From contig JAZLBJ010000021.1 in the NCBI GenBank assembly GCA_045613645.1, positions 10,020-74,019 on the forward strand: 64,000 nt of DNA, written 5' to 3'. A model generated the notes under the pieces. That model saw nothing but the letters and a program-made list of their open reading frames with translations. It ran no database searches and was not told where the DNA came from. The translations under genes were made by a program, and so were the position numbers. This DNA is from Alistipes sp. (GTDB lineage: Bacteria; Bacteroidota; Bacteroidia; Bacteroidales; Rikenellaceae). Positions 17,167 to 25,408 of this stretch are shown here, piece by piece. Each line of letters begins with the position of its first letter. The stretch's first letter is position 1.

Positions 17167-18417
17167 CTACTTTTTAAGTTGTCCGGCAAGTCGGCCTGTT
17201 GAGAAGGCTATCTGCATGTTGTAGCCACCAGTATTGGCGTCGATATCGAGCACCTCACCAGCGAAGTACAACCCCTGAACACGCTCCGACTGCATGGTAT
17301 ACTTATTGACCTCCGAGCAGTCGACACCACCCGCCGTGACGATGGCATACTGGAATGGGGCGTAATCGACAATGGGGAATGCCATACCCTTCAATATCTT
17401 CACGAGACGCATCTTCTCGGCATCGGTGAGCTTGCTAACATATGTCTTAGAGTGGAAGTCGACCTCCTTAGCCAAGGGCACTACCATCTGCTTAGGCACG
17501 AGCTTACGCAATAGCTCCGAGAAGAACTCTGAAGGTTGCATCTCCGATATCTCACGCTCTATACGCGCGAGGAGGGTCTCCTCGTCGAGGGCGGGCTTGA
17601 GGTCTACGATAATCTTCACACGCTTCTCGTCGATGATAGCATCCACAACATCGCGGCTGAGGCGCAATGCCACAGCACCCTCGATGCCTCGCTCCGAGAA
17701 GCCGAGCTCGCCAAACTCCTCCTGTACAAGCTCGTTGTCTATATATAGCTTAGCGCCCACATTCTTAAGCAAGAGACCATTGAGATACTCCTTCTGTGGG
17801 TGCGATGTTACAAGGGGTGTCAACGATGGGCGCACTGGCTCAATGTTATGGCCCACAGATGCTGCGAAGTCGTAGCCATCGCCCGTAGAGCCCGTTGATG
17901 GGTAGCTCACACCACCCGTACATACGATTACAGCCTCGGCCTCCTCGCGGCGCTCGAAGCCTCGAGCATTGCGGTATCTAACGCCCGTTACCCTATCGCC
18001 AAGGGTCTCGATAGCGGTAACCTGGGTCTTATACATAATCTTAACACCCTTATCCTCGCAGAAGTCAACGAGGGCATTGGCGATGTCCCACGCCTTGCCA
18101 CTCTTGGGGAATACACGCTCGCCACGCTCGGTCTCCAGCTTAACGCCTATGCGCTCAAAAAACCTAATGGTTGCGCGGTTGTTGAACTCGGCAAAGGCCA
18201 CCGAGAAGAACTCCTGGTTGGTGCGCACACGCTCCATGAACTCCTCGGCAGGGCGAGCATTGGTAAGGTTACAACGGCCCTTACCCGTGATGCGTATCTT
18301 GCGACCCGCCTTCTCCATCTTCTCCATAAGCAGCACCGAGCGACCGCTCATGGCAGCCGTTCCTGCCGCCATAAGACCTGCGGCACCTGCACCTATAACT
18401 ATAACATCGTAAGCCAT
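17167..18417 (-). CDS. HI0933/BaiN/YhiN family flavoprotein
   Basis: GAGAAG, ITGKGRCNLTN, TGGVSYPSTGSTGDG, VTAGGV, GEVLDIDANTGGYN. Start set at MAYDVIVIG (18417). Confidence 0.92.
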   Translation of the reverse strand: MAYDVIVIGAGAAGLMAAGTAAMSGRSVLLMEKMEKAGRKIRITGKGRCNLTNARPAEEFMERVRTNQEFFSVAFAEFNNRATIRFFERIGVKLETERGERVFPKSGKAWDIANALVDFCEDKGVKIMYKTQVTAIETLGDRVTGVRYRNARGFERREEAEAVIVCTGGVSYPSTGSTGDGYDFAASVGHNIEPVRPSLTPLVTSHPQKEYLNGLLLKNVGAKLYIDNELVQEEFGELGFSERGIEGAVALRLSRDVVDAIIDEKRVKIIVDLKPALDEETLLARIEREISEMQPSEFFSELLRKLVPKQMVVPLAKEVDFHSKTYVSKLTDAEKMRLVKILKGMAFPIVDYAPFQYAIVTAGGVDCSEVNKYTMQSERVQGLYFAGEVLDIDANTGGYNMQIAFSTGRLAGQLKK

Positions 18418-18508
18418 ACAAATCTGATTAATTAGACAAAGGTATGAAAAATATTCGGGAAATACAATTATATGGAGGAAAATATAGGATGTGCATATAT
18501 AGGAGGGC

Positions 18509-18763
18509 CATGGGTTCTGGTGGGGAGCACTTTTTCCCAATAGAACCCATTAGAACCTATCAGAACCTATCGGTTTTTTCTGGGTTCTGGTGGGTTCTGG
18601 TGGGGTTTGGTGAGTTCTGATGAGTTCTGGTGGGCTTTGGTGGGCTTTGGCGGGCTTTGGTGGGCTTTGGTTCGGGGTGCGCTTTTCCCCATTAGAACCC
18701 ATCAGAACCCAGCCCGCGATAACGCACCCTACGAGAACCTACCAGAGCCTACAAGAACCCATT
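18509..18763. repeat. 10-bp-period tandem/inverted repeat region (TGGGTTCTGG)n / (AGAACCCATT)n
   Basis: Nine tandem 10-mers at 18581-18670; complementary-sense blocks at 18541-18570, 18688-18710 and 18729-18763. Confidence 0.85.
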
Positions 18764-18774
18764 ATACAACCCCC

Positions 18775-18820
18775 AAAAAACACCAACCCCAAGAGACTAT
18801 ACTCAAGCTCTCGGGGTTGG
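18775..18820 (-). terminator. Terminator of the beta-barrel/lipoprotein operon
   Basis: A-tract then CCAACCCCAAGAG...CTCTCGGGGTTGG stem. Confidence 0.7.
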
Positions 18821-18851
18821 CAACTACTATGTTTAACTATAACTCCGTATC

Positions 18852-19664
18852 TTAGAAGCATCTATACTTAAAGATAATATCGTCGTAGATGGTATATTCT
18901 ACAAGTCCATTCTTGAACTTATGGTCGATAACCTCGTTGATCTCCTCTCCATATAAATTAGTCGAATAGCTCTTAAGCATCGAGCGATTGGTATTACCCA
19001 ACAAACCATCGTGGATAAGAATCACCTCAGCTATCAAAGGCATATTCCAAGCATAGGCGTAGAACATATCAATATTATATGGATTAGGCTCATCGGTATA
19101 TGTGCATACATCATTAACATCCATATCCTCCGATATTATCTTCACAATATTACCATCTTCCCACTCATATTCAAACGACATTCCGACCATATTACCCATA
19201 CTCAATGTATAGGTTACGAGCTCACCCTTGTCGTTATAGACAAAGTCCTCAACAAGCTCCTCTGGGCTTTGCCATCGTGCAGTAGCAATAGCACCCCTAT
19301 CGTTAAGGTCGCACTCAGCAGCCAAATCCATACCATCCATAGTAGTTGTAATGGTAAGGCTACGACCATCGTCGCTATACTTTAACTTAATATCCGAATA
19401 GATATCTACCACCTCATTAGCGTCGTTATACTCAACGCCCTGGATATTTGTAATACGATTCTTATCGTCGAGCTCAAACACTATGGACTCACCCGGAGAC
19501 ACAACATCCGACGCCGATGTGTCGTCATAATAGATATCAATAGACTTAACATAGTGTTTCTCGCCATTGCTATGCTCTGGCTTAGCGGGATTATCTCCGC
19601 CCTTCTCTGTGCAGGCAGCACCAATAACAGCGATAAGTGCAACGCCAATTACTCTTTTAAACAT
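18852..19664 (-). CDS. Lipoprotein, DUF4595/YD-like beta-rich
   Basis: Lipobox GAAC; repeats like FVYNDKGELV, YEWEDGNIVKI, YTDEPN. Confidence 0.7.
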   Translation of the reverse strand: MFKRVIGVALIAVIGAACTEKGGDNPAKPEHSNGEKHYVKSIDIYYDDTSASDVVSPGESIVFELDDKNRITNIQGVEYNDANEVVDIYSDIKLKYSDDGRSLTITTTMDGMDLAAECDLNDRGAIATARWQSPEELVEDFVYNDKGELVTYTLSMGNMVGMSFEYEWEDGNIVKIISEDMDVNDVCTYTDEPNPYNIDMFYAYAWNMPLIAEVILIHDGLLGNTNRSMLKSYSTNLYGEEINEVIDHKFKNGLVEYTIYDDIIFKYRCF

Positions 19665-19703
19665 AACTGTACTTTTAAATTTATATTAGAACATCTATTT
19701 CAG

Positions 19704-20450
19704 CTACTGCATATACTCTATTGAGACATAACTATTATCAATACGCACATGTATAACATCCGTAATACCATAAAGAGCATCGCGGCACTCAATTAAAGCG
19801 GCACCCTGAACAACATTATAGGCTTTGCCATTATGCAACCACGACTCCCTAATAGAGGTTGTCAGCGTCAAGGGACGAGATGAACTATTCAGACCATCAA
19901 CCATAGTAACATAGCCATCCATATATAGAATCATAGGCTCCATCGATTCGCTGATGCCAGCAAACTCAATCTCAAACTCGGCGCTTCCCGACGACTCGTA
20001 GATATTAACGGACTTAAACTTAGCAAAGATACCATCACCAGACATAGGGTTAAGCTCAAGGTCGAAGCCATTGCCTCCCGTGCGCTTAATACTCCACACA
20101 CCACCATGCGTAAGGGGCTTACCATCTGTAGTATAGGTTGTGGTGTATGTTGTGCCATATCCTGTATCGGTAGTCACAACATAGCTATCGCCATTACACT
20201 CCATTGTAGAGCCAGGGAAGTATCGCATCAGCCAACTATCGCGCTCGACACCATCCTCCATGGAGAGCACCCTATCGAAGTAATATATCTCAGTTAATAG
20301 GTCACTGATGTGCGACATATCGCTTTTTGCCTCGTTCCATATCAACCTCTTCAAAGAGTCCATATCACGCTCCTCGGCATCTTCAATCACACACCCAGTA
20401 AAGACAACCGCCATACTCATCATGAGTGCATATATAAATACTCGTCTCAT
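19704..20450 (-). CDS. Hypothetical lipoprotein
   Basis: Lipobox FTGC followed by acidic residues (VIEDAEE). Confidence 0.7.
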   Translation of the reverse strand: MRRVFIYALMMSMAVVFTGCVIEDAEERDMDSLKRLIWNEAKSDMSHISDLLTEIYYFDRVLSMEDGVERDSWLMRYFPGSTMECNGDSYVVTTDTGYGTTYTTTYTTDGKPLTHGGVWSIKRTGGNGFDLELNPMSGDGIFAKFKSVNIYESSGSAEFEIEFAGISESMEPMILYMDGYVTMVDGLNSSSRPLTLTTSIRESWLHNGKAYNVVQGAALIECRDALYGITDVIHVRIDNSYVSIEYMQ

Positions 20451-20462
20451 AATCTCAGCATA

Positions 20463-21197
20463 TTAAAATCTAACTCCAACACCCGCACGCAAGCCTCCAC
20501 TTACGCCACTACCCAACTCCACATAACCATAGAAGCGCTTACCCACACTAAGGCCCACCGCCGTAAGGTCGAACATTGGCCACACCTCGTTATTTCTACG
20601 CTCGACGAGAATAGCACATCCTACACCCACCGATGAGTATAATGTCACAATCTCGCGGCACAACCACTCAAAGCGAGCGTTGAAGATTATCGATGTTGCC
20701 CACATAGTTTCGCGATAGAGCACATCGTTGGTTACAATATGACGGCGTGCTCGCGTGGTGAAGCCCAGATAACCTTTAGCACCCAGTGCAAGCCAATCCT
20801 TAACCTTATGGCCATACTCCAAGTTTATGGCATTTACCATCCACTCATTACCCCAATAGTAGCGTTTCGCGGCAAGCATCTGACTGAAGTTCACAGGCTG
20901 GCCAACAAGTTCATCGGCATCAACGCCGAAGCTAAGGCCAAAGAGCATAGTCTGCACAAGGCTGGGTAGCGATGTACCTATCTGCAGGTAGTTCTCATTA
21001 TCGATACTTGGAATACCAATGTTAGCCGCAACTGGCTCTACCGCAACGATACCCGCTTCCGAGGCCTCGGCTAGTGCATCGTTGGTATAGGCAATGACCC
21101 TTGTGCGAATATCGTCACGCGATATGGTCTGCTGCGCCATACACTCAACAGCAACGGCAAGCACAGCAACCATAAGTAGTATATATCTCTTACCCAT
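20463..21197 (-). CDS. Outer-membrane beta-barrel protein
   Basis: Signal peptide, amphipathic strands, C-terminal GVGVRF. Confidence 0.7.
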   Translation of the reverse strand: MGKRYILLMVAVLAVAVECMAQQTISRDDIRTRVIAYTNDALAEASEAGIVAVEPVAANIGIPSIDNENYLQIGTSLPSLVQTMLFGLSFGVDADELVGQPVNFSQMLAAKRYYWGNEWMVNAINLEYGHKVKDWLALGAKGYLGFTTRARRHIVTNDVLYRETMWATSIIFNARFEWLCREIVTLYSSVGVGCAILVERRNNEVWPMFDLTAVGLSVGKRFYGYVELGSGVSGGLRAGVGVRF

Positions 21198-21205
21198 AAT
21201 CAATA

Positions 21206-21937
21206 CTATTTATTATTGAAACGATAACCAAGACCAAAGCTAAAGACACCACGCATACCAGCACCCAAGTCGAAGTAACCAAAGAAGTTACGACCAACAC
21301 TCACACCAAAAAAGGTAACATCATACGAGGCCGACAGGCGCATCTCATCACTATACACATTATTTGTATGCGACACTGTAACGCCTACACCAAGCCCCGA
21401 GTATAGTTGTACCACACCACGACGAAACCATGCAAATCTCACCATGGGCATAAGAGAGAAGTTGTGACTTTGATAGGTATATATCAACTTTTTGGTAGCC
21501 TTATGGTGCAACCTATCAAAGCCTCCTGTCCACACAAAAGCGCCACCCACATATAGCCAATCCTTAAACCAACGACCACCCTCAAGGCCCATGGTTATCC
21601 AGCTTGTGCGACCTGGATAGTAGTAGTCATCGTCACCATACTTACTACTCTCAATAGAGGTAAATCCTTGGGCTGGATTCCACGATGTATCTGTGGTGTA
21701 ACCCAAAGATGTGTCCGACACGATACCGAGGCCGAGGCGCATCTCATGTTGACCTGCAGCCACAGGACGCCCCATAACTCGAGCCTCATCACGAGGTGTG
21801 GTATATGGAGTAAACTCCACCCTGTAGACACCCAGCGAGTCTCGGAAGGTATAGTTGTACTGCGCATGCGCATCAGTGGGCATAGCAGAGATGGCAACGA
21901 CAACGAGGATGATTAACGATAGTAATCTTTGCATCAT
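21206..21937 (-). CDS. Outer-membrane beta-barrel protein (paralog of the downstream gene)
   Basis: Signal peptide AHA-Q; LYSGLGVG, GVSVG, GYFDLGAG and FGLGYRF C-terminus, similar to the neighbour. Confidence 0.72.
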   Translation of the reverse strand: MMQRLLSLIILVVVAISAMPTDAHAQYNYTFRDSLGVYRVEFTPYTTPRDEARVMGRPVAAGQHEMRLGLGIVSDTSLGYTTDTSWNPAQGFTSIESSKYGDDDYYYPGRTSWITMGLEGGRWFKDWLYVGGAFVWTGGFDRLHHKATKKLIYTYQSHNFSLMPMVRFAWFRRGVVQLYSGLGVGVTVSHTNNVYSDEMRLSASYDVTFFGVSVGRNFFGYFDLGAGMRGVFSFGLGYRFNNK

Positions 21938-22034
21938 AGTTTACGCTCTGTTTTGATATGCAAAATTACGATATTGAGAATAAAATATCAAATTTCGGAG
22001 GCTCTATTTTTTCCAGAAGCCCACCCAAAACACA

Positions 22035-22130
22035 CTGACATACAAGGCGTTACGAACTCAAATCTGAGTATTTTTTCAAAGCGCTGAAAATCAAGGTGTT
22101 ACATTCATCATATTAATTATCAACGCCTTA
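22035..22130 (+). promoter_or_regulatory. Three IHF-consensus-like sites between divergent promoters
   Basis: ATACAAGGCGTTA (22040), AATCAAGGTGTTA (22089), TATCAACGCCTTA (22118) versus WATCARNNNNTTR; -7 boxes at 21961-21968 (-) and 22188-22195 (+). Confidence 0.45.
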
Positions 22131-22213
22131 GCTAATACGACGGGTATATTTTTGGTGGCACACACAACAAATTCAAAAATTTTAGCTTATCTTTGTAACA
22201 TATATATTATGTT

Positions 22214-23458
22214 ATGCGAAATCTTTATACACATATAAAGGAGTGGTTTAAGCAACACAAGCGAGGTGTGAGAATAGCAACCAAGGTTATACTTACACCT
22301 ATATTTATATTACTCATGGCTATTGTAGTAACGAGTGTGAGCGCCGTCTACGATTTTGGCGAGGCAAAGCCCTTTAGTGGCGAGCAGATATACAACCCAT
22401 ATGCAGATGTCGACACCTCCTACGGATGGAGCCGTGGTAACCTGCACACACACTCGCGCGTAGAGGGCATATTCAACGAGTGCGACGAGACCCCCGAGAT
22501 GATATGCGATGAGTATGCAAAATATGGCTACGACTTTGTGCAGTTCTCCAACCATAACGAGATAATCGAACACCCCCATGGAGAGAATCAGGGAATCTCG
22601 CTATATGAGCATGGCTACAACCTATTGAAGTTCCATAAGAATGTATATGGTTGTCAGGAGACAACACTCTTCGACCACCTACTCCCTATCTTCGACTTCC
22701 AGCGCCAGTTTCAGATAGACATGCTCGCAGAGGATGCCCTCATGGTGCAGTTCAACCATCCACAGCGTGTACCTGGTGTCAACCAAAAGAGCATGGAGCG
22801 CATAGGTGGCTACCGCCTCATAGAGCTTACACGCACCTTAGAGGACGAGAATCGCGAGTGGGACTGGGCATTGAGCGCTGGCCACTACTCCTTTGCACTA
22901 CACAACGACGACCTCCACGATTTCAAGAAGTCGCAGAACATAGCCATACGCTCGACCGTACTCAACACACCCTCAACGAGTGCCGAGGATATCACAAACA
23001 CCCTCTACAAGGGCTGCTTCTACGCCCTCTACACCCCCGACTATGGCGATGGCGACCTAAAGCTCAAAGTGGAGAAAAACCTCTCAGCACCCTACATTCG
23101 AGATATAGGCATGGAGGGGGAGACCATACGAGTATCCTTTACAGAGGCGGCCGACAGCATTAAGTTCACGGGACAGAATCAGCGAGTATTGCACTGCGTC
23201 TACAACTGCGATACGGCAAGCTACACCATGCGTGGCGAGGATAGCTATGCGCGCATAACAGCCTACTTTGCCGATGGCGAGAGGATATACTCAAATCCCT
23301 TTGCGCGCTACGATGCTCAAAGTATTGAGAGCCCCTTCGAGACAAGAGAACACAGCGTTAACACAACGCTCACAATACTATTTAACCTTGCGCTACTCGC
23401 CCTACTCATAGGTTTGGGAGTAGCCATTCACAGAGTATATTTCAAATGGAGAGGATAA
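22214..23458 (+). CDS. Membrane-anchored PHP-family metallophosphoesterase
   Basis: NLHTHS, SNHN, FNHP and NDDLH metal-binding motifs; N- and C-terminal TM helices. Confidence 0.8.
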   Translation: MRNLYTHIKEWFKQHKRGVRIATKVILTPIFILLMAIVVTSVSAVYDFGEAKPFSGEQIYNPYADVDTSYGWSRGNLHTHSRVEGIFNECDETPEMICDEYAKYGYDFVQFSNHNEIIEHPHGENQGISLYEHGYNLLKFHKNVYGCQETTLFDHLLPIFDFQRQFQIDMLAEDALMVQFNHPQRVPGVNQKSMERIGGYRLIELTRTLEDENREWDWALSAGHYSFALHNDDLHDFKKSQNIAIRSTVLNTPSTSAEDITNTLYKGCFYALYTPDYGDGDLKLKVEKNLSAPYIRDIGMEGETIRVSFTEAADSIKFTGQNQRVLHCVYNCDTASYTMRGEDSYARITAYFADGERIYSNPFARYDAQSIESPFETREHSVNTTLTILFNLALLALLIGLGVAIHRVYFKWRG

Positions 23459-25080
23459 AGGAGTTTTTTGGTATGAAAGCACGAGGCTTGGGCAAGTTAT
23501 ATGACCTACTAAAGCGCGGATGGAGCATCATTCGTCGCCATATTGATGTCACCAACTTAGCGCTGATACTCAGCATCTTCACCCTTGTGGCCTACAACAT
23601 TCCACTTATCAAGATGATTGTAAACAATGTGGATGCCGACTTCAACGGCTTTATCATCGTGACCACAGTGTTTATACTATTGATACTACTCAACTACTTC
23701 CTCTACTACATACTGCTCTACGCACTGCGCGTAGTGGGCAAGTATATCATCGCTATAACATTTATAGCCAATGCCGTATGCCTATACTTCATAAATAGCT
23801 ACAACACGCTAATCACCATGGAGATGATGGGCAATGTATTCAACACACGCCCCGAGGAGGCTGGCAGCTATCTATCCTTCAGTTTCGTACTATATGTAAT
23901 ATTTCTGGGCATAATACCTGCGATATGTCTGGTGGCTACACGCGTTAACTACCGCTCTATATGGCGTTTCTTGGCAGCCATAGGCTCAACCATATTAATA
24001 CTCGTAGGACTTTTTAGCATCAATACATCGAACATACTTTGGATAGACCGCTATGCTCCACAGATTGGTGGCTTGGCAATGCCATTCTCATACACCGCAA
24101 ACACCGTACGCTACCTACACAAGCAGGCGATGATGAATCGCAAAGCCATACCCCTACCCGACGCCAAGATAGAGAACAACTCGCGCGATGTGGTTGTGGT
24201 GGTTATTGGTGAGTCGGCACGCAGCGACCACTTCTCGCTATATGGCTACTCACGCAACACCAACCCATACCTTGAGCAGGAGGAGGACCTTGTGGTACTC
24301 AACGCCACATCGGCAGATACCTACACTACAGCGGGCGTTAAGGCCATACTCGACCACAAGCCAATAGACGAGCTCTACGAGATACTCCCCAACTACCTAC
24401 ATCGTGCTGGTGTGGATGTTATATGGCGCACAAGCAACTGGGGTGAGCCACCACTGGTATTCGACAGAGTATACGACATGAATGCGCTCAAAGAGCGCTA
24501 CGCCAGCGATAGCATCTACGACGAACTCCTCATACACAACCTCGCCGAGGAGATTGAGGCTGGTGACAAGGATAAGACCCTTGTGGTTATCCACACAAGT
24601 ACATCGCATGGTCCCACCTACTACAAGAAGTACCCCTACGAGTTCGAGGAGTTCTACCCTGTGTGCACCGAGGTTGAGATGTCGAAGGCCGACAGACAAG
24701 AGCTTATAAACGCCTACGACAACACCATCCTTTATACCGACTATATTCTATACTCGATAATCGAGCAGTTGCGCAGCCTTCCTGAGGGCACGCGTAGCAC
24801 AATGATATTTGTCTCGGACCATGGTGAGTCGCTTGGCGAGAACAACATGTACATGCATGGCCTACCCAAGGATATGGCTCCCGAGCAATCGTGGATACCA
24901 TTCATCGTATGGAACTCCGACCCTCACACCCATATCAAGGCTATTGAGAATGCCGAGCAGTACCATGTATTCCATAGCGTATTGTCATACATGGGCATAT
25001 CGAGTCCCATATTCAACGAAGATGTGAACATCTTCTACTACGACGAGCTACCAAATCAGGAGGTCGTTGAACAAGAGTAA
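23446..25080 (+). CDS. eptA: Phosphoethanolamine transferase (EptA family)
   Basis: N-terminal TM helices plus GESAR, SADTYT (catalytic Thr region), SHGPTYY, YDNTILYTD, SDHGESLGE, MHG. Confidence 0.88.
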   Translation: MERIKEFFGMKARGLGKLYDLLKRGWSIIRRHIDVTNLALILSIFTLVAYNIPLIKMIVNNVDADFNGFIIVTTVFILLILLNYFLYYILLYALRVVGKYIIAITFIANAVCLYFINSYNTLITMEMMGNVFNTRPEEAGSYLSFSFVLYVIFLGIIPAICLVATRVNYRSIWRFLAAIGSTILILVGLFSINTSNILWIDRYAPQIGGLAMPFSYTANTVRYLHKQAMMNRKAIPLPDAKIENNSRDVVVVVIGESARSDHFSLYGYSRNTNPYLEQEEDLVVLNATSADTYTTAGVKAILDHKPIDELYEILPNYLHRAGVDVIWRTSNWGEPPLVFDRVYDMNALKERYASDSIYDELLIHNLAEEIEAGDKDKTLVVIHTSTSHGPTYYKKYPYEFEEFYPVCTEVEMSKADRQELINAYDNTILYTDYILYSIIEQLRSLPEGTRSTMIFVSDHGESLGENNMYMHGLPKDMAPEQSWIPFIVWNSDPHTHIKAIENAEQYHVFHSVLSYMGISSPIFNEDVNIFYYDELPNQEVVEQE

Positions 25081-25121
25081 AGCAAGACGACGAGGCGATA
25101 AACTGACAGGCAGTCGAACGC

Positions 25122-25190
25122 AACAAACAAAACGACAAGCAGATGAATGGACATTTAGTCACGATCATCTCTTTGTCGTTTTGTTGTTTT
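25122..25190 (+). terminator. Long hairpin/terminator after eptA
   Basis: ACAAAACGACAAGCAGATGA...TCATCTCTTTGTCGTTTTGT followed by T-rich sequence. Confidence 0.6.
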
Positions 25191-25408
25191 ATACCTTGGT
25201 CATGATGTCTGCTCAATATAATCACACTCACAACTCTCGCTCACAATTGGCCATAATAGACTAAAATGCATCCATGGGCATCATTTTTTATGAAAAATAT
25301 TTGTTTTTCTGCAAAATATTGTCTACATTTGTTAGTTGAATAACAGCACTAAGTTATTCCAAACAGAGGAAACAACTAAAACTAACTAAATAAACCTTTG
25401 TGAAAGCT

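Noticed and set aside
18509-18763. Possible CRISPR array
   Set aside because: Units are 10-bp tandem repeats with no unique spacers, and there are no cas genes in the window.
18418-18871. Extended N-terminus of the HI0933 protein and small ORFs 18607-18871
   Set aside because: These frames run through a promoter box and the non-coding 10-bp repeats.
23446-25080. Mobile mcr colistin-resistance gene
   Set aside because: Family motifs only; chromosomal operon context with no IS elements. Cannot be assigned to mcr without a phylogeny.
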